Shown here piece by piece: positions 31,945 to 44,815 of a stretch of 64,000 nt of DNA. The position numbers and the translations under genes were made by a program. The notes beneath the pieces are model-generated. The model was not told the origin of the DNA and made no database searches. It saw only the letters and a program-made list of their open reading frames with translations. Within the stretch, counting starts at the first letter, position 1. Every line of letters starts with the position of its first letter. This DNA is from Cyanophora paradoxa CCMP329 (Eukaryota > Plantae > Glaucophyta), in the NCBI GenBank assembly GCA_004431415.1, contig QPMI01000017.1:248001-312000 (forward strand). Direction: 5' to 3'.

Positions 31945-34900
31945 TCAACTGAAGAGGTCGTCAAAGTCGTTCTCGGCAGGGTCATAGTCGGCCGAATGGC
32001 GCCGGCGCTGCTGCATATCGACGTCAGCGTCGTTGAAGAACGGGAGGGGGTCGGCGGATTCGTCGGCATCGCTGAACGGAAGAGGGCCTGCGGATTCGGT
32101 CTCGGGACGACCGATCGGGAGCAGCTGCAGGCGCTCCCCATCGCATTCGCTCTCGACGGCGTTCGAATTCTCGGGGCGACCGAGCAGGGGCTGCCGCTCG
32201 AATTCGCTCTCGACAGGGTCCTCCGAACGATCAAGCAGACGGCCCTGGTGCTCCTCGGAATCGCCGCCGTGATCGGGGGGAACGGCGAGGTCGTGTTCAT
32301 GGGGCGGCGCGTTCGAGGCGGCCGGCGTCAGTGCGTCCGCGGCGCTGCTGGCTCCGAACCCCTCACGATCGCTCACGGCCGCCGCCGAGGCATCCCGCAT
32401 CCCGCCGGGCGGGCGCGGGCGGCGCGCGAGCTCGCGCCTGGCGTTCTCGAGGTCCCTGCGCGCCTCCCGGGCCTCCCTGTGCTCGGGCCCCAGGGCGCCC
32501 TCCAGCACCCCGAGCGCCGCCTGCCCGAGGGCGTTAACATTAACGTTCAACTGGGGCCGACCGCACCGCGGGCGGGGGAGACGCGCACCTCGTAGTGGGT
32601 GCACGCCTGCGCGAAGTCATCCTGCCTCTCGTGGAAGAGCGCGAGCTTGCACACCATCCTCGCCGTCTCGGGGTGCTCCGACCCCACCGCCTCTTCGAGC
32701 ACACGCACCGCCTCCTGCGCGGCGGGGCGGCATCGCTTCCGAAGCCCCGCCCTGGATCTAGATCCAGAGGCCTAGGCGCCCAGGCCCAACCCGGGCGGGA
32801 GGGCCTGAGCGGCACCCGCACCTGGAGCTGCAGGAGGGCCGCCTCGCGGTCGCCCGTGAGCAGCAGCGCGACGGCCAGCTCCTGCATTGCAAGCGCGAGC
32901 TCCCCGTGCCCCGGCCCCGCCCCCCGCTTCCGCCTGCGCAGCCGCAGCGCCTCCTGCGCGGCAAGGGAATTAATTCGATCGCGAAACAAGGCGAAATCTG
33001 AGTTGCTCAAGACCACCTGAAGGAAGGCGACGCCCTCTCGCAATCCCATGCCCACCAGGACGCCGCCGGCCTTCCTCAGGGCCCCGGGGTCCGCCTCCTC
33101 GCTCCCCAGGCGCAGGGCCCCCGCGTAGCGCGCGGCGGCCTCGTGGCGGAGGCCGCTGGCTGGCCTCAGCCACTGCGCCAGCAGCGCGGACTCGTCCAGG
33201 CGGGCGACGACGTCGGGGTCGCAGAGGACGCTGACGAGGCGCTCGGCGCAGGCGCGGCCGCTGCGCGAGAGGGCCCAGATGGCCTCCTCGGCGCGGCGCT
33301 GCGAGGGCGGCTGCGCGGCGAAGAAGTCCCCCAGCCGCGCGTGCGCCGCCTCGCGCTCGCGCCGCGCGGCCGCCTCGCGCCGTTCCCGCGCCGCATCCCG
33401 CTCCCGCCTGGCTTCCGGCGCCAGGCCTGGGCCGAACTCGGCCGGCCGCTCCTCGTCCGGCTCCGGATCCGCCGTTACACGCGCAATGCCGCAGTGGAGC
33501 TCCGCGGCCTGCGCGAAATGGCAGTGAGCGTGCTGGGCCGGAGCGGGGCGGCGCGGGCGGGCCTCGGCGGCGCAGCGGTGGAAGAAGCCGAAAAGGCCAT
33601 CGCGGCAGACGAGGAGGGGCAGGAAGTCGTGCCAGAGGAGGCTCCACTCCACCTCGCTCGGCCCCGCGGCGCCGCCGCCCACGCCGGCGAAGGCCTTCAG
33701 CTCGCCCTCCTCCATCCCGCCGCCCGAGCAGGCGACCGCGACCGCCACGTCGCGCACGGGGCCGGCCCCGTGGCGCGCGGCGAGGCGGCGGAGGACGAGG
33801 CGGAAGAGGTCGCGCGGCGCGGGCCCGCACTCGAGGAGGGCGGCGATGGCGGCGTCGAGGGCGGCGTGGACGGCGGTGTTGGAGAGCTCCTCGAGGAGGA
33901 CGGTCAGGAAGAGGGGGCTCCCGCACGCCGGCGCCCGCGCGAGGCGCCCCAGCCGCGCCTCCGACAGGCCCCGCCCCTGCTCCGCCAGCGCGCCCTCGAG
34001 GAGGAGCCGGCGCTTGGCCTGCGTGAGGGGCGCGACCGCGCGGGCGACGTGCGGGCGGTCCGGCGCCGTCGCGGCGCGCATTGCGACGGACGCCGCGAGC
34101 GCCGTCGGCGTCGCGACCCGGAGCGGCCTGGGGCCGTCGCCGTCGCGGCCGGGGCCGCGGTCGCTCGGGTCGTGGAGAGTGGAGGCGAGGATACGGAGGC
34201 GGGGGCCGGCGGGGGGCAGCCAGGCGAGGCCGAGCTCGGGCCCCCCCGGCTCGCCCCGGAGCTCGTCGAGGCCGTCCAGGACGAGGACGAGGCAGGCCGG
34301 CCAGCGCGCCCCGCCCTCCGCGAGGAACGCGCGCACCCGCTCCGCCAGCACCCACTCCGTCTTCACGTCGCGCAGGTCCAGCTCCGGCGCCCCGCGCCCC
34401 GCCGCCGCCTCCGGCCAGCGGCCGCGCGCCTCCTCGCTGACGCGCCTGCCGGGAAGCCGTCAGGGGGCGGGGGCCGGGCCTGGCCCGCCGGCGGCGCGCG
34501 GGCGCGGGCACCGGGCGATGGCCTCGACGCCGGAGCTGCTCTGCGAGCCGCCGCCGATGAAGTGCAGGACCGTGAGGTCGCCGGGGTGGCCCGCCGCCCA
34601 CTCCCCCGCCCAGTTCGCCAGCAGCGCTGCGCCCGCCGGTGAGCTCAGTGCAGCAGCAGCAGCACGGGCGCCGCGCACCGCTCTTGCCGCAGCCGTCCTC
34701 GCCGTGGAGGACGAGGATCTCGGGGCCCGAGGCGGCGGCGTAGGCGTCGAGGGCGGCCATGTCCCCCTCGTCCCGCACGAAGACCCGCCGCCGCGACTCC
34801 GCGAAGGCCTCGTGGCGCGCCCGCTCCAGCTCCAGCCACGGCACCTCCTTCACCGCGGGGTAGTCGCGCTCCAGCATCTGCCGCCCCGCCGCGCCCGGCC

Positions 34901-36327
34901 CCGCGCTCGATCGATCGGCGCCCGACCGGCCGGGTCGCCCGGGGTGGGGGAGCGGGCGCACCGCGGCGAGGGCGTCGCGGAGGGCGAGGGCGAGCCCCCT
35001 GGGGTCCTGGTACTCGGCGACGGCCAGGCCCGACCCCGACCCCGCGGCCCGGACCTCCCGCTTCAGCGCCTCCAGCCGCCGCCCCGCCTCGGGGCCCTCC
35101 CCGCCGGCAGCCGCCGCCGCCGTCTCGCGCGTCGGGCCCGGGCCGGCCACGTAGAACAGGGCCTTCTCCCGCATCGCCTGGCGCGGCCGCCGGTCACGTC
35201 CAGCGTGCCAAGCCATGGCCGGCGTACCCGGAGGCGCGAGGGGGGCGGGCCCGCGCCCTCAGGAGCGCTAGCGTCTCCCCCGCCCAGCACGCCGGCGCGG
35301 ATCTCTGCGGGAGAAACATGAGCGGGGTGCGCGGCCGGCGCCCCGGCGGGGCCGGGGTCGTCTCAGCGCCGGGCTGGCCCCGCACCGATCTCGGTGACGC
35401 TGCGGTCCGCCCAGGCGCGCACCCAGGGAAACTCCTCCGCGGCGCGCTCGAGGTTCTTCCGGAAGAGCGCGTCGCCCTCGTCGTCCGCGGGGGCCCCCGC
35501 CCGCAGGCACCACCCGTAGCGCCCCTGCCCGGGCGCCGCCTCAGAGAGGGGCCCCTTGATGTGGCGGAGGGCCGGGCGGGCACCTTGAGGAGGCCGACGA
35601 AGTGCGTGCTGCGCTGCACTTCCCTCAAGCAGAGAAGCACGACCTCTCCCGCCTGGCAGGCCTCCTCCGTGATGCCCCACCTGAAGAGCCCACGATCTAG
35701 ATCAGCATCCCCCGCGGCCGCCTGATCGTTCTGATCATCCGGGTGCGAGCCGATGCATTTTATACAGCTGCGCATGCGCGCAGGCCGGGGCGGCGCGCGT
35801 GCGCACCTGAGGTCGGCGCAGTGGAAGAAGAGGCCGCGCTCCGCGCTCATCGCCTTCAGCGTCGGGTTGACGAGCTCCCGGATGCAATCGCGCTCCGCCT
35901 GCATGTCCTCTGCTCGCGCGCGCGTAAGTCACGGCCTGGGCCCGACGTGGCGGCGCGCGCGCGGGCGCCGGCCGGCCAGCGCTCCGGATCCGAGCTCGGC
36001 TCGCGCGTGCGCACGGAACGTGGATGAGACGAAGACGCGCACGACGCGCTTCGGAGCACGGAGATCCTCCCGAAGATTGCGAGCCGCAGAAGGCGCTTGC
36101 AATTGCAATTGCGCAGCAGTTGCAGTTGAAGGCGCTGGCGCCGGAGCCGGCGCCAGAGCTGCGTGAGGCCGTGCTTTGAGCTGCTGGTCATGCTGAGCTG
36201 TTGACTTGGGAAAGACTGGGCTGGCCGATTCGCTCTGCAACTTTCCGGCCGCAGGTGCGTCCGCAGCGACGAGCTCTCGCGCAGCCGGTGGTCGTCCCGC
36301 TGTCGGACGAGACGCGCAACCACCCAT
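31945..36327 (-). CDS. DUF4062 - NACHT-like STAND NTPase - TPR protein (NPHP3/NWD/TEP1-like), multi-exon
   Basis: MGGCAS start; VRVFVSSTFR|DMQAER..DLR|WGIT; Walker A LVLHGEDGCGKS; Walker B LVLDGLDEL..LAWLP; GSPLFL; TPR-like LGPEHPETA repeats; acidic tail ending DDLFS. Confidence 0.85.
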
Positions 36328-36843
36328 TGTCGGCTTTCCCCTCCTGGAGGGCCGGCAGAGGCCTGGGACGGTCGTGACGGCACACCGGTACCGGGGACGG
36401 ATGGGGGGGTGCAGGTTTCACTTCGTTCGCGCTTTGCAGGTCGCTCGCCGCAGCGCGGCAGCAGCGCCCGATCCTTGAGGCTTCGCGCCCAGCTGCGGAA
36501 AACCGATCCAGCACAGCAAGGAGGGTTCGGAGAGAACCGGTTCGACAGGTGCGAGCGAACCTGTCTTGACGGCTGCGGAGCGCCAGTGTAGCCGCGCACA
36601 TTACACGTTCGTGCGCTAGAGGATAGCTTCGCGCTGTCTGCGGCCCCACAGCGCGCATAGTCTGCCCGTGCAGCGGACCTTCGCCCCAAAGTTCGCCCGG
36701 AACACGAACGCAGATTTCCCGCCTCTGGACCAGCTCTCACCCTGCGCGAACGCGCCTGCGAAGCTTACCGATCCTATTTGCACGCAGGGCCGGTTGCTGC
36801 GCGGCTGGCGTGAGGCGGGACTCGTGCGGTCAGCGCTTTCTAG

Positions 36844-39800
36844 ATGAAGAGGCCCCCGGCTCCCTACAACCCGCCGGGCGGCCCGGCGCCGCGGCCGCGG
36901 CCGCCAGCGGTTCTGCCACCCAGGCCCCCGGAGCCGATCACGGGCCTGCCGAACAATGTGGAGGAGGTCCATGCGCAGAACGCTGCCTTCCAGGCGCAGA
37001 TGGGGACCGGGCCTCCCCAATATCCGCCCGGCTTCCAAGGATACGTGCCTCCGCCGGCTGGCACCTACGGAGCGCCCCCAGCGCCGCAGCACGCGTGGAA
37101 CGCGCCCCCAGCGACTGCCTGGCAGCAGGGATCCGCTCAGCACTATCCGCCGCCTCCGCAGCAGCCGCAGTACCATCAGCCGCCTGAGCAGTACAACGCA
37201 CCGCCTCCGCAGTACTACGCACAGCAGTACGCGCAGCCGCCGCAGGCGCCGCCGGGATGGCCGCAGCAGCAGCAACAGCCGCCGGGTTGGGGGAGGCCGC
37301 AGGAGCCGGCGCCGGCCTGGGGCCAGCCGCAGCCTTCGCAGGCGGCGCCCCCGGGACCCGAAGACCTCTTGCGCGTGCTCCAGCAAGCGCCGCCGCCGGC
37401 CCCGGCGCAACCGCCCGCCCCGGCGCAGCCGTCGCCGGTCCCTGCACAGCCGCAGCAGCAGACACGGGGGGCGTGGGGCGCCCCAGCGCCCCCGCCGGCG
37501 GCGCCGCCGCCGGCGCCAGCCCCAGCCGGCTTCGTGCGTCCTGGCGAGCAGCCGCGGCGGGACCAGCGCGCCGCCGGGCCCGGCTCGTCCCGCGGTGCGC
37601 TGGCCCCCTCCGCTCCGCCGCCCTGCGCCCCGCCCTCTCTCGCTCATTTCCGTTGTCGCAGGGAGCGCGCCGCGGAGCAACGCGCCGCGGAGCGACGCGC
37701 CCACGAAGGAGATCGCGACAAACCACTACCGCGTGGAGGCCCACCCGCAGGCGAGGCCGCCGCGCCGCGTCCCACGCACCCGTCCCTCTGCCGCGTGTCG
37801 AGAGCCTGCGCACAGGCCGTCCTGCACCAGTACGTGGTCAAGATGAGCGCGCGGGTCGAGGTACCGCCTCCGCCGCCGCCGCCGCCGCCGCCCTCCCCGG
37901 CCGGCACCGCGCCCGAGACCCGACGGCGCCGCCCCCTCAGGGCGCCGCCGCGGATGAGGACGTCCTCCACGTCCAGACGAAGCGCGCGATTATGGACCGT
38001 GCGCAGCGAGCCCCCGTCCGCGTCCGCCGCCGCCGCCGGCGCCACTGACGGGGCGGCCCTCGCAGAGGTAGCGGAGAAGCACAAGTTCCCGTACCCCTGG
38101 TCGTACGACGGGGCGCACGCGCTCTGGCTCTCGCGCCCGCTCGACGGCGACAAGACCGTGCGCGCGCCTCCTCGGCGCCGCCCCGCGAGCCGCCGCGCGC
38201 TGACGCCGCCGCAGTTCGAGCTCGACGAGGACACGTACGGCCACATCAAAGTTCACGTGCGCCTCCCTCGCTTCGAATTCTCCGGGGCCTCGGGGGCGCG
38301 CGGGGCGGGGCGGGGCGGCGGCGAGCCGGGGGCGGGCGCAGCTGCGGCCGGCGGGGAGGAGCTTCCGCCTGAACGAGGAGACGCCCGAGGCGCTTCAGTT
38401 CCGCCAGCGCCTCCTCTTGCGCGTGCGCCGCCCGCCCCGCCCGCCCCGCCCCGCCCCGCCCCGCCTGTCCTCTTGAGGCTTATTCTGAGGCAGGCGCTGC
38501 GGACGACGACGGACTTCCTCGTGCTGGGCCGCAGCACCATCATCCGGCCCCAGCCCATGACCCTCCCCTCCGACCTCGTCATGTTCCCCGGGTCCGCCCC
38601 GCCCCGCTCCCGGTCCCGGCCCCGCCGAGCCCGGCCCCCGGGCAGGTACCGCTTCCAGTTCCCCGTGGGGGAGAACGGCCGCCTCTACCTGCACATCTCG
38701 GACACGCAGGCCGTCGTCCACTCGAAGACGCTGTGGGACATCCTCTCCGAGATGCGGCGCAAGTGCCGCAGCGAGCGCGACGCGCGCCTCGAATTCGAGA
38801 AACTCATCCGCGGCAAGTCCATCGTCTCCAGCTACATGGCCCGCGGCGGGCCCCCGCGCCTCCAGTACGAGTACACCGTGGTCCGCGCGCCCCGTCTCCT
38901 CCTTTGCTTTCCTTTCTTCTCTCAGGCGGCGCAGGACGCGGATCGGCCGGTGGAGTGGGAGATGACCCCGAACCACAAGTTTTTCAACGAGAAGGAGAAC
39001 CGCGACGTCTCCTACGAGGTGAGCGCTTTGCTCTGCTCTCCTCTCCTGTCCTGCGCCCGCCCGCCTGCAGCTGACGGCGGCCGGGGGGTAGGAGTACGCG
39101 AAGAAGCGGTACAAGGTGGACACGGAGCGGCCCAACGAGCAGCCCCTCATCGCCGCGTGCGCCCGCCCCGCCCCGCCCCGCCCCGCCCCACCCCGCCCCG
39201 CAGCCGCTGAGCCCCGCGCAGCTTCTCCAAGTGCGGGCTCCCCGCTGCCTGCTCCGGTAGCCCCGCGCCGCGCCCCGCTGAGCGGCTCGCCGCAGGATGA
39301 AGTTCAACCGCCCGGCGCTGCCCGATGGGGCGGGCGCCGCCGCCGCTTCGAGTCCCAGCGGGATGGACGTCGAGAGGAGCTCCCCGCCGCCGCCGCCGCC
39401 GCAGCAGCAGCAGCAGCAGCAGGCGGAGCGGCGGCGGGACCTGCTCATCCCGCAGTTCTGCCGCCTGACGTCGCTGCCGGACAACCCGGCGGAGCGGGCG
39501 GCGGTCATCGAGAAGATCCACGAGCACTGCCGCGTCTCCGTCGAGGACCGCAAGAGGCGCCTGGACGCCGGCCCCGCCGCCCTCAACAAGATCTGCGAGC
39601 GCCTTGGGGTCCGCCCCGCCCCGCCCCGCCCCGCCCCGCCCTTCCTCCCGGCCTGACGGGCGGCGGCGGGGGCGGCGGCGGCGCAGGCCGGCCTCGTCAT
39701 CTCGGAGAAGATGGAGACGGTGACGGTCCCGATGCTCATGCCGAGCTCCCTCACGATGGACGACGGCCGCCGCCGCATCGACGTCAAGCGCGCCCGCCCC

Positions 39801-41850
39801 CTCCATGATCTGACGCCGTCGGCGCGGCTCGCGGACTGACCGCGGGGCGGGGCAGCACGGCGAAGGCCGACTGGCGCTCCAAGATGCAGACGGCGCCGTT
39901 CAAGTCGATCCGCATCCGGCGGCACGCCGTCGTGTACCCGCGCGGGCGGGACGAGGCCGGCGTGCAGGCCATGCTCCGGGCCCTCGACGACGTCTGCGGG
40001 CGCTACCACATCTCCCTCGGCGAGCGCCGCCAGGTCCCCATCGAGTCGGCCCAGCTCTCCTTCTACCAGCAGGCGCGCCCCCGGCCCCGCCCCCGCCCCC
40101 GCCCCGGCCCCCGCCCTTTCGGGCGCGCTGAGCGCCGCTGCAGGTGCTGCGGAGCCCGGACCGGGGCCGGCCTGACCCGCTCGACGATCCCGACCTCATC
40201 ATCGTCGTCGTGCGTCCTCCCCTGCAACCCCGCCGCCCCGCCCCGCCCCGCCCCGCCCCGCCCCGCGCCGGCCGACGGCGCCCCGCGGGCGCAGCTGCCG
40301 TTCGTGAAGGGGGGCGGCCAGAACCGGAAGAGCCCGCTGTACGCGGCGCTCAAGTTCATGGCGATGTCGGAGCGGCGCGTCCCCTCGCAGTTCGTCACGG
40401 CGAACATCGCGGGGGTGAACAACGCGCAGAAGCTGCGCGCCGCCTGCGAGGGCATCGCCATGCAGATCGTCTGCAAGGAGGGCGGCGCTGTGCGCGCCCC
40501 GCCCCGCCCCGCCGCCACAGCCGGCCTTCCCTCCCCCGCGCCCCCGCTGAGCGCCCCCGCAGCTCTGGTCCGTGGACCTGCCCCGCCAGTTCGACAAGAC
40601 CATGTACATCGGCATCGCCGTCCAGGGGTACGCGCTTCTCCTTCTTCCTCGGCCTTCGGCGCTGAGCGGGGGCGGGCGGGCTGCGGCGCAGGAAGCAGGT
40701 GGTGGGGATCTGCATGAGCACGGACCGGCTGGCGACGGCGTGGCACACCGAGGTCCTCGAGCGGCGGCCCTGCGCACTGGGCTTCGACGGCGGCAAGGAG
40801 GCCGTCGTCCGGGGCCTGCTGGCCTACGCCAAGGGCATGAAGTGCCTGCCCGAGCGGATCATCGTGTACCGCGGTGCGCGGGGAGGCCCCCGCGCCCCTC
40901 AGCGTGCGCGCCGGCGGCCTGACCTGATCCCAGACGGGTCGAGCTGCGGGGAGTACAAGGCGCTGGAGCGGACGGAGGTGGCGATGGTGCGGGAGGCGTG
41001 CCGGGCGGCGGCGGGGCGCGACTGGGTCCCCAACCTCCTCTTCATCGTCACCTCCCTCCGCGGCTCCCTCCGCATGTTCGACGTCTCCCGTCCGCCCCGC
41101 CCCGCCTCCCATCTCCCGCCCGGCCAGCCCCTGTCCCTCCCCGGCTCACACGCCGGCCGGCCGGCGCAGAGCGGGGCAACGCGCAGAACGCCCCGCCGGG
41201 GGTCATGCTCTCCGGCACGGTCCTCCCTGGGGACGGCAAGGCGCGCCCCGCGGCCCCGCCCCGCCGGCACCCGCCCCGCCCCTGCCCCCGCGTGCCCTGA
41301 CGACCGCGGCCGCCCCTGCAGACGATCGCGGGGCTCCACCACTTCGCGAACAGGGGCCAGGCGAACCCCACGAACTACGTCGTCGTCGCCAACACCGACG
41401 AGGCCGTGCGCCCCGGGCCCCCACCCGCCCACCCCTTTCGGCCGAGCCCCCTAAGCCCCCTCCTAAGATGACGACGGAGCTCGTCGAGGAGATCACCGAG
41501 CGCCTCTGCGTGTGCGCGCCTCTGATTCGCTTCCATGCGCGGGGGGCGCCGCCTGTAGCTGACAGGGACGGGCCCCCCCGGGGCAGGCTCTACTACAACT
41601 GGCCGGGGGCCGTCCGCACGCCGGCGCCCCTCAAGTACGCCGACCGCGTGCGCGCCCCACCCTGCCCGACCCGACCCCAGCCCGCCCGGCCCGCGGGGGG
41701 GCCGACGGCCTTGGGGGCCGGGCGCAGGCGGCGAAGCAGGTGGCGGAGCTGGCGGCGGCGCGGGAGCTGAACCTGGCGGGGCCCGCCCTGCGCGCCTTCT
41801 GCGACCACCTCCGCGACTCCGGCCTCACCGACAAGCTCTTCTACCTCTAG
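36844..41850 (+). CDS. piwi: Divergent PIWI-clade Argonaute, multi-exon
   Basis: P/Q-rich N-terminus; PAZ (VEWEMTP..F..SYEEY.KKRY..EQPLI..LIPQFCRLT); MID Y..LK..VPSQ, QIVCK.GG.LW; PIWI RIIVYRDG, PPG, PTNY, LYYNWPGAVRTPAP..YA; C-terminus DKLFYL. Confidence 0.9.
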
Positions 41851-42338
41851 CCCCGGCCCGGCCCCGGCCCGGCCGGGGGCGTTCGGAGCGGGGGCGTCGC
41901 TTGGGTACGGTGGCAACCTCTTGTTTCGGCATGCAGGCCCTGCACCTCTCCAGCGTGTCTTCGATCTGCCTTTTCCTCCTGTACATTTCCCCCGGACTCG
42001 AAGACGGAGCTTTGCCTTGCATAAGATAGCTTTGCACCTTGCATAAGATAGCTTCGCCTCAGGCGCTGGTTTGATTTGGCGCTTGTCATTCCGGGAGCTG
42101 CGTTGCTCGAGGTAGCCTGTCTTGGTAGCCAGTCTGTTCAATTTTGGCTTCTCTCGAGCTCGAGCCCCCTCGCCATGTCTCGCGCTAGCTCTCTTGTTTT
42201 GTCTGGACTTTTTTCTGAAAAAAAGATTTAGATTTGCACTGTAGGTCGCACTGGGCATCGCAAGCTACGGCATCCGCCTCGAGCTCCAGTTATCTAGCAA
42301 CACTGTTTACGCAACTTGAAAGCGACTCGTTTCCAAGT

Positions 42339-44645
42339 TCAACAATTGCGCGCGTATGCGTGGGCGGTGTATGCAGGGGCCGAGGAGGCCCCAGCGGTGG
42401 GGGCAGGGGCAGCGAGGGCGGGCGCCCCTCCCCTCGAACTTTGGAGCTGCCGGAGCAATTCCTCGTACTTGCGCTCCGCTTCTTCGGCCCTCCGCCGCTG
42501 CGCCTCCGCCTCCTGCCGCTGCGCCTCCGCCTCCTGCCGGGATTTGTCGATATCTCTTCTCGCCTGTCGATAGTTCTCCTGCAGAGAGCGCCAGTTAGGG
42601 GCCTGTGGGCCGGGCGCGGCGGCAGCGTCTGCGTCGGCGATGTTCAGCGCACCAGGGTTTCCTTCATTTCTTGCATGTCGACCCAGTATGGGTTCCCGTA
42701 ATCATTCAGCAGCTGCGCTCCGTCGGCCAGGAAAGAGGGAGGAAATGGGGAGCTGTGCAGGGCCGGGGGTGGAAAGGGGAGGGGGGGGGGTAGGGGGGGG
42801 GAGTGGGAAGCGGGGGTACCTGCTCGGCCTCGGCGATGTTCTCGGTAGCGACGACGAAGACCCGGGGCCAGCCGTCGACGAGCACCTGCACGAAGCGAAC
42901 GTTCTCCTCCCGCGCCGGCTCCTCTTCCGCGTCCGGGTCCAGCGCGCGGCCCCTGCCCCAATCGCGCCGGCTCACACCGCGGAGGCCGAGGCGAGGCTAA
43001 GACGGGGCGCCGGGCGGGGGTACCGGCAGCAGTTGACGACGCTCGCCTCGTTCCGCAACCTCCACGCGCGGATCACGTCTGCACCGGTCTCAGGCTGGGC
43101 CGCGGGAGTGGGGCGCCCGGCGGGCCCGGCCCTCGCGCACATTTCTGCGAGCCGTCGGCGTACACCGGCTCGCAGAGGTTGGTATCGAACCTGCGCGTCG
43201 TCGCCATCTCCGAAACGACACGGGAGGGCCGGGGGGGCGGGGGGGCGGCACCGCTGGCGGACGAGCTCCTCGTAGTGGGCGATGGCGCGGTCCAGGTCCT
43301 CGGCCCCCTGCTTCCCCGGCGGCATCCGCGGCTTCTCCTTGTGCACGTTGATCACCTGCGCCCCAGGCCTGAGAGGGGGGGGGGGGGGGGGGGGGGGGAA
43401 GGAGAGGCGGGGGGGCACCTCCCCCGCGTACTCGAGGAGGACGGTACCCCTCCGGATGCCGCCGCTCCCGGGGCGGCAGAAGAGCCCGAAGCCGCCGCCG
43501 CTCGAGTCCTCAAACGCGGGGTCTTCCGGGTCCGTGATGCGGCCCACCTGGCCCCGCGCCGCGTCACCCGAGGGCGGGTTGAGCGGAGGGACCCGGGAGG
43601 AGCACCTCAACCTTCGCGCGGGAGCGATCCCGCTCCTGCTTGCTCCGCACAAACCGCTGGATCGCCGTGACGAATCTCTCATCCTCCTTGCGATCCTCCT
43701 GGTCCCCGCACGCCCGTCATGCGCGCCGCGGCGGCCGTGCAGAGGCTCCTCGCCCCGGGCGCACCGGGACGAGGACGAGCTGGTGGCCGTCGGGGCGGGG
43801 CCGGTGCATCCGGCGGTGGTCCTCCTGCAGCTCGTGGTTCTTGGGGGGGAGGAACTGCACGTCTAAGTACATCGAGCCGTCCCGCTCCAGCACCTGGCGG
43901 GGGGCCTGAGCCCCCGCAGAGGGAGCTGCGGCGCCGGGGCACGGGACAAACCGTCTGTAGCGGCACCGGCTCGTAGCCCCATCGCACGGGGCCCGAGGGC
44001 GGCCTCGACCTCGCACCGGCGCCCGGGCAGCTCGGGCCGGCGGCGGCAGGGGGCGACTGCTGGCGGGGTCGCTTCGGAGGCGGCTGAGGCGCGGGGTCCG
44101 CTGGGGCCGGGACCGGGGACGGAGCGCCGCCGCTGCTGCTGCTCGGCGCGGGACTGGACGCTCTACCCGAGGACCCGGGCCGCGCTCGCGCCGTCGGGGG
44201 CGCCGGCGGCCCGCCGCGGCTCACTGGCCGCGGCGCCAGCTGCCGGCCCGCCGCCCTTTTCGAGCGCCCGGCAGGCTGCGGAGGCGCGCTGCCCTCAACG
44301 ACGCAGTCGGAGCTCTCGTCCGACGAGCTGCTGCTGCACACTTCGACCAGCTCGGCGGGTTTCGCGGGCGTCGGGTGGGCGCTGGTCGCTCGCGCCGCGC
44401 GGGAGCGCTCGGGTGCTGGGCTCGCCTCGTCTTCCTCCTCCAGATCGATGCACGGCACGGCGGCGGTGCTGGCCGGCGGCGACCCTGGGCGAACGCAGGC
44501 AAGTGCAGGCCGCTTGCAGAAGGTAACCTGCGCGGAGGGCCGGTTAGCGCATGCACAGTCCTAGACCGATCAGCGGGCGCACCTCCACGCCCTGCTTCTC
44601 GTCGTCATCGCTTAGCTCCACCAATTCGATTGCGGCGGACGCCAT
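42339..44645 (-). CDS. SET-domain protein with SIM-like N-terminus and C-terminal coiled coil, multi-exon
   Basis: ITDPEDPA..GFGLF..LEYAGE, RNEASVVNCCR, ENVRFV..GWPRVFVVATENI..EQLLNDYG..YW; N-terminal IELVELSDDDE, CIDLEEEDE, LVEVCSSSSSDE. Confidence 0.8.
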
Positions 44646-44815
44646 CCCCGACCCGCGAGCGGTCCAGGCGACCGATCCGCTCGTGCGGAGGCGGTACGGG
44701 GCGTGCGGGGGAGCCAGGCTGACCCTGGCGGGTACACCCTCACACCGTGTTTTCGGCAATTCATCGAAGCGGCCGCAGCTAAGTCGCGCGTCCGGTGATT
44801 TCGAAGCGCCCAGCC

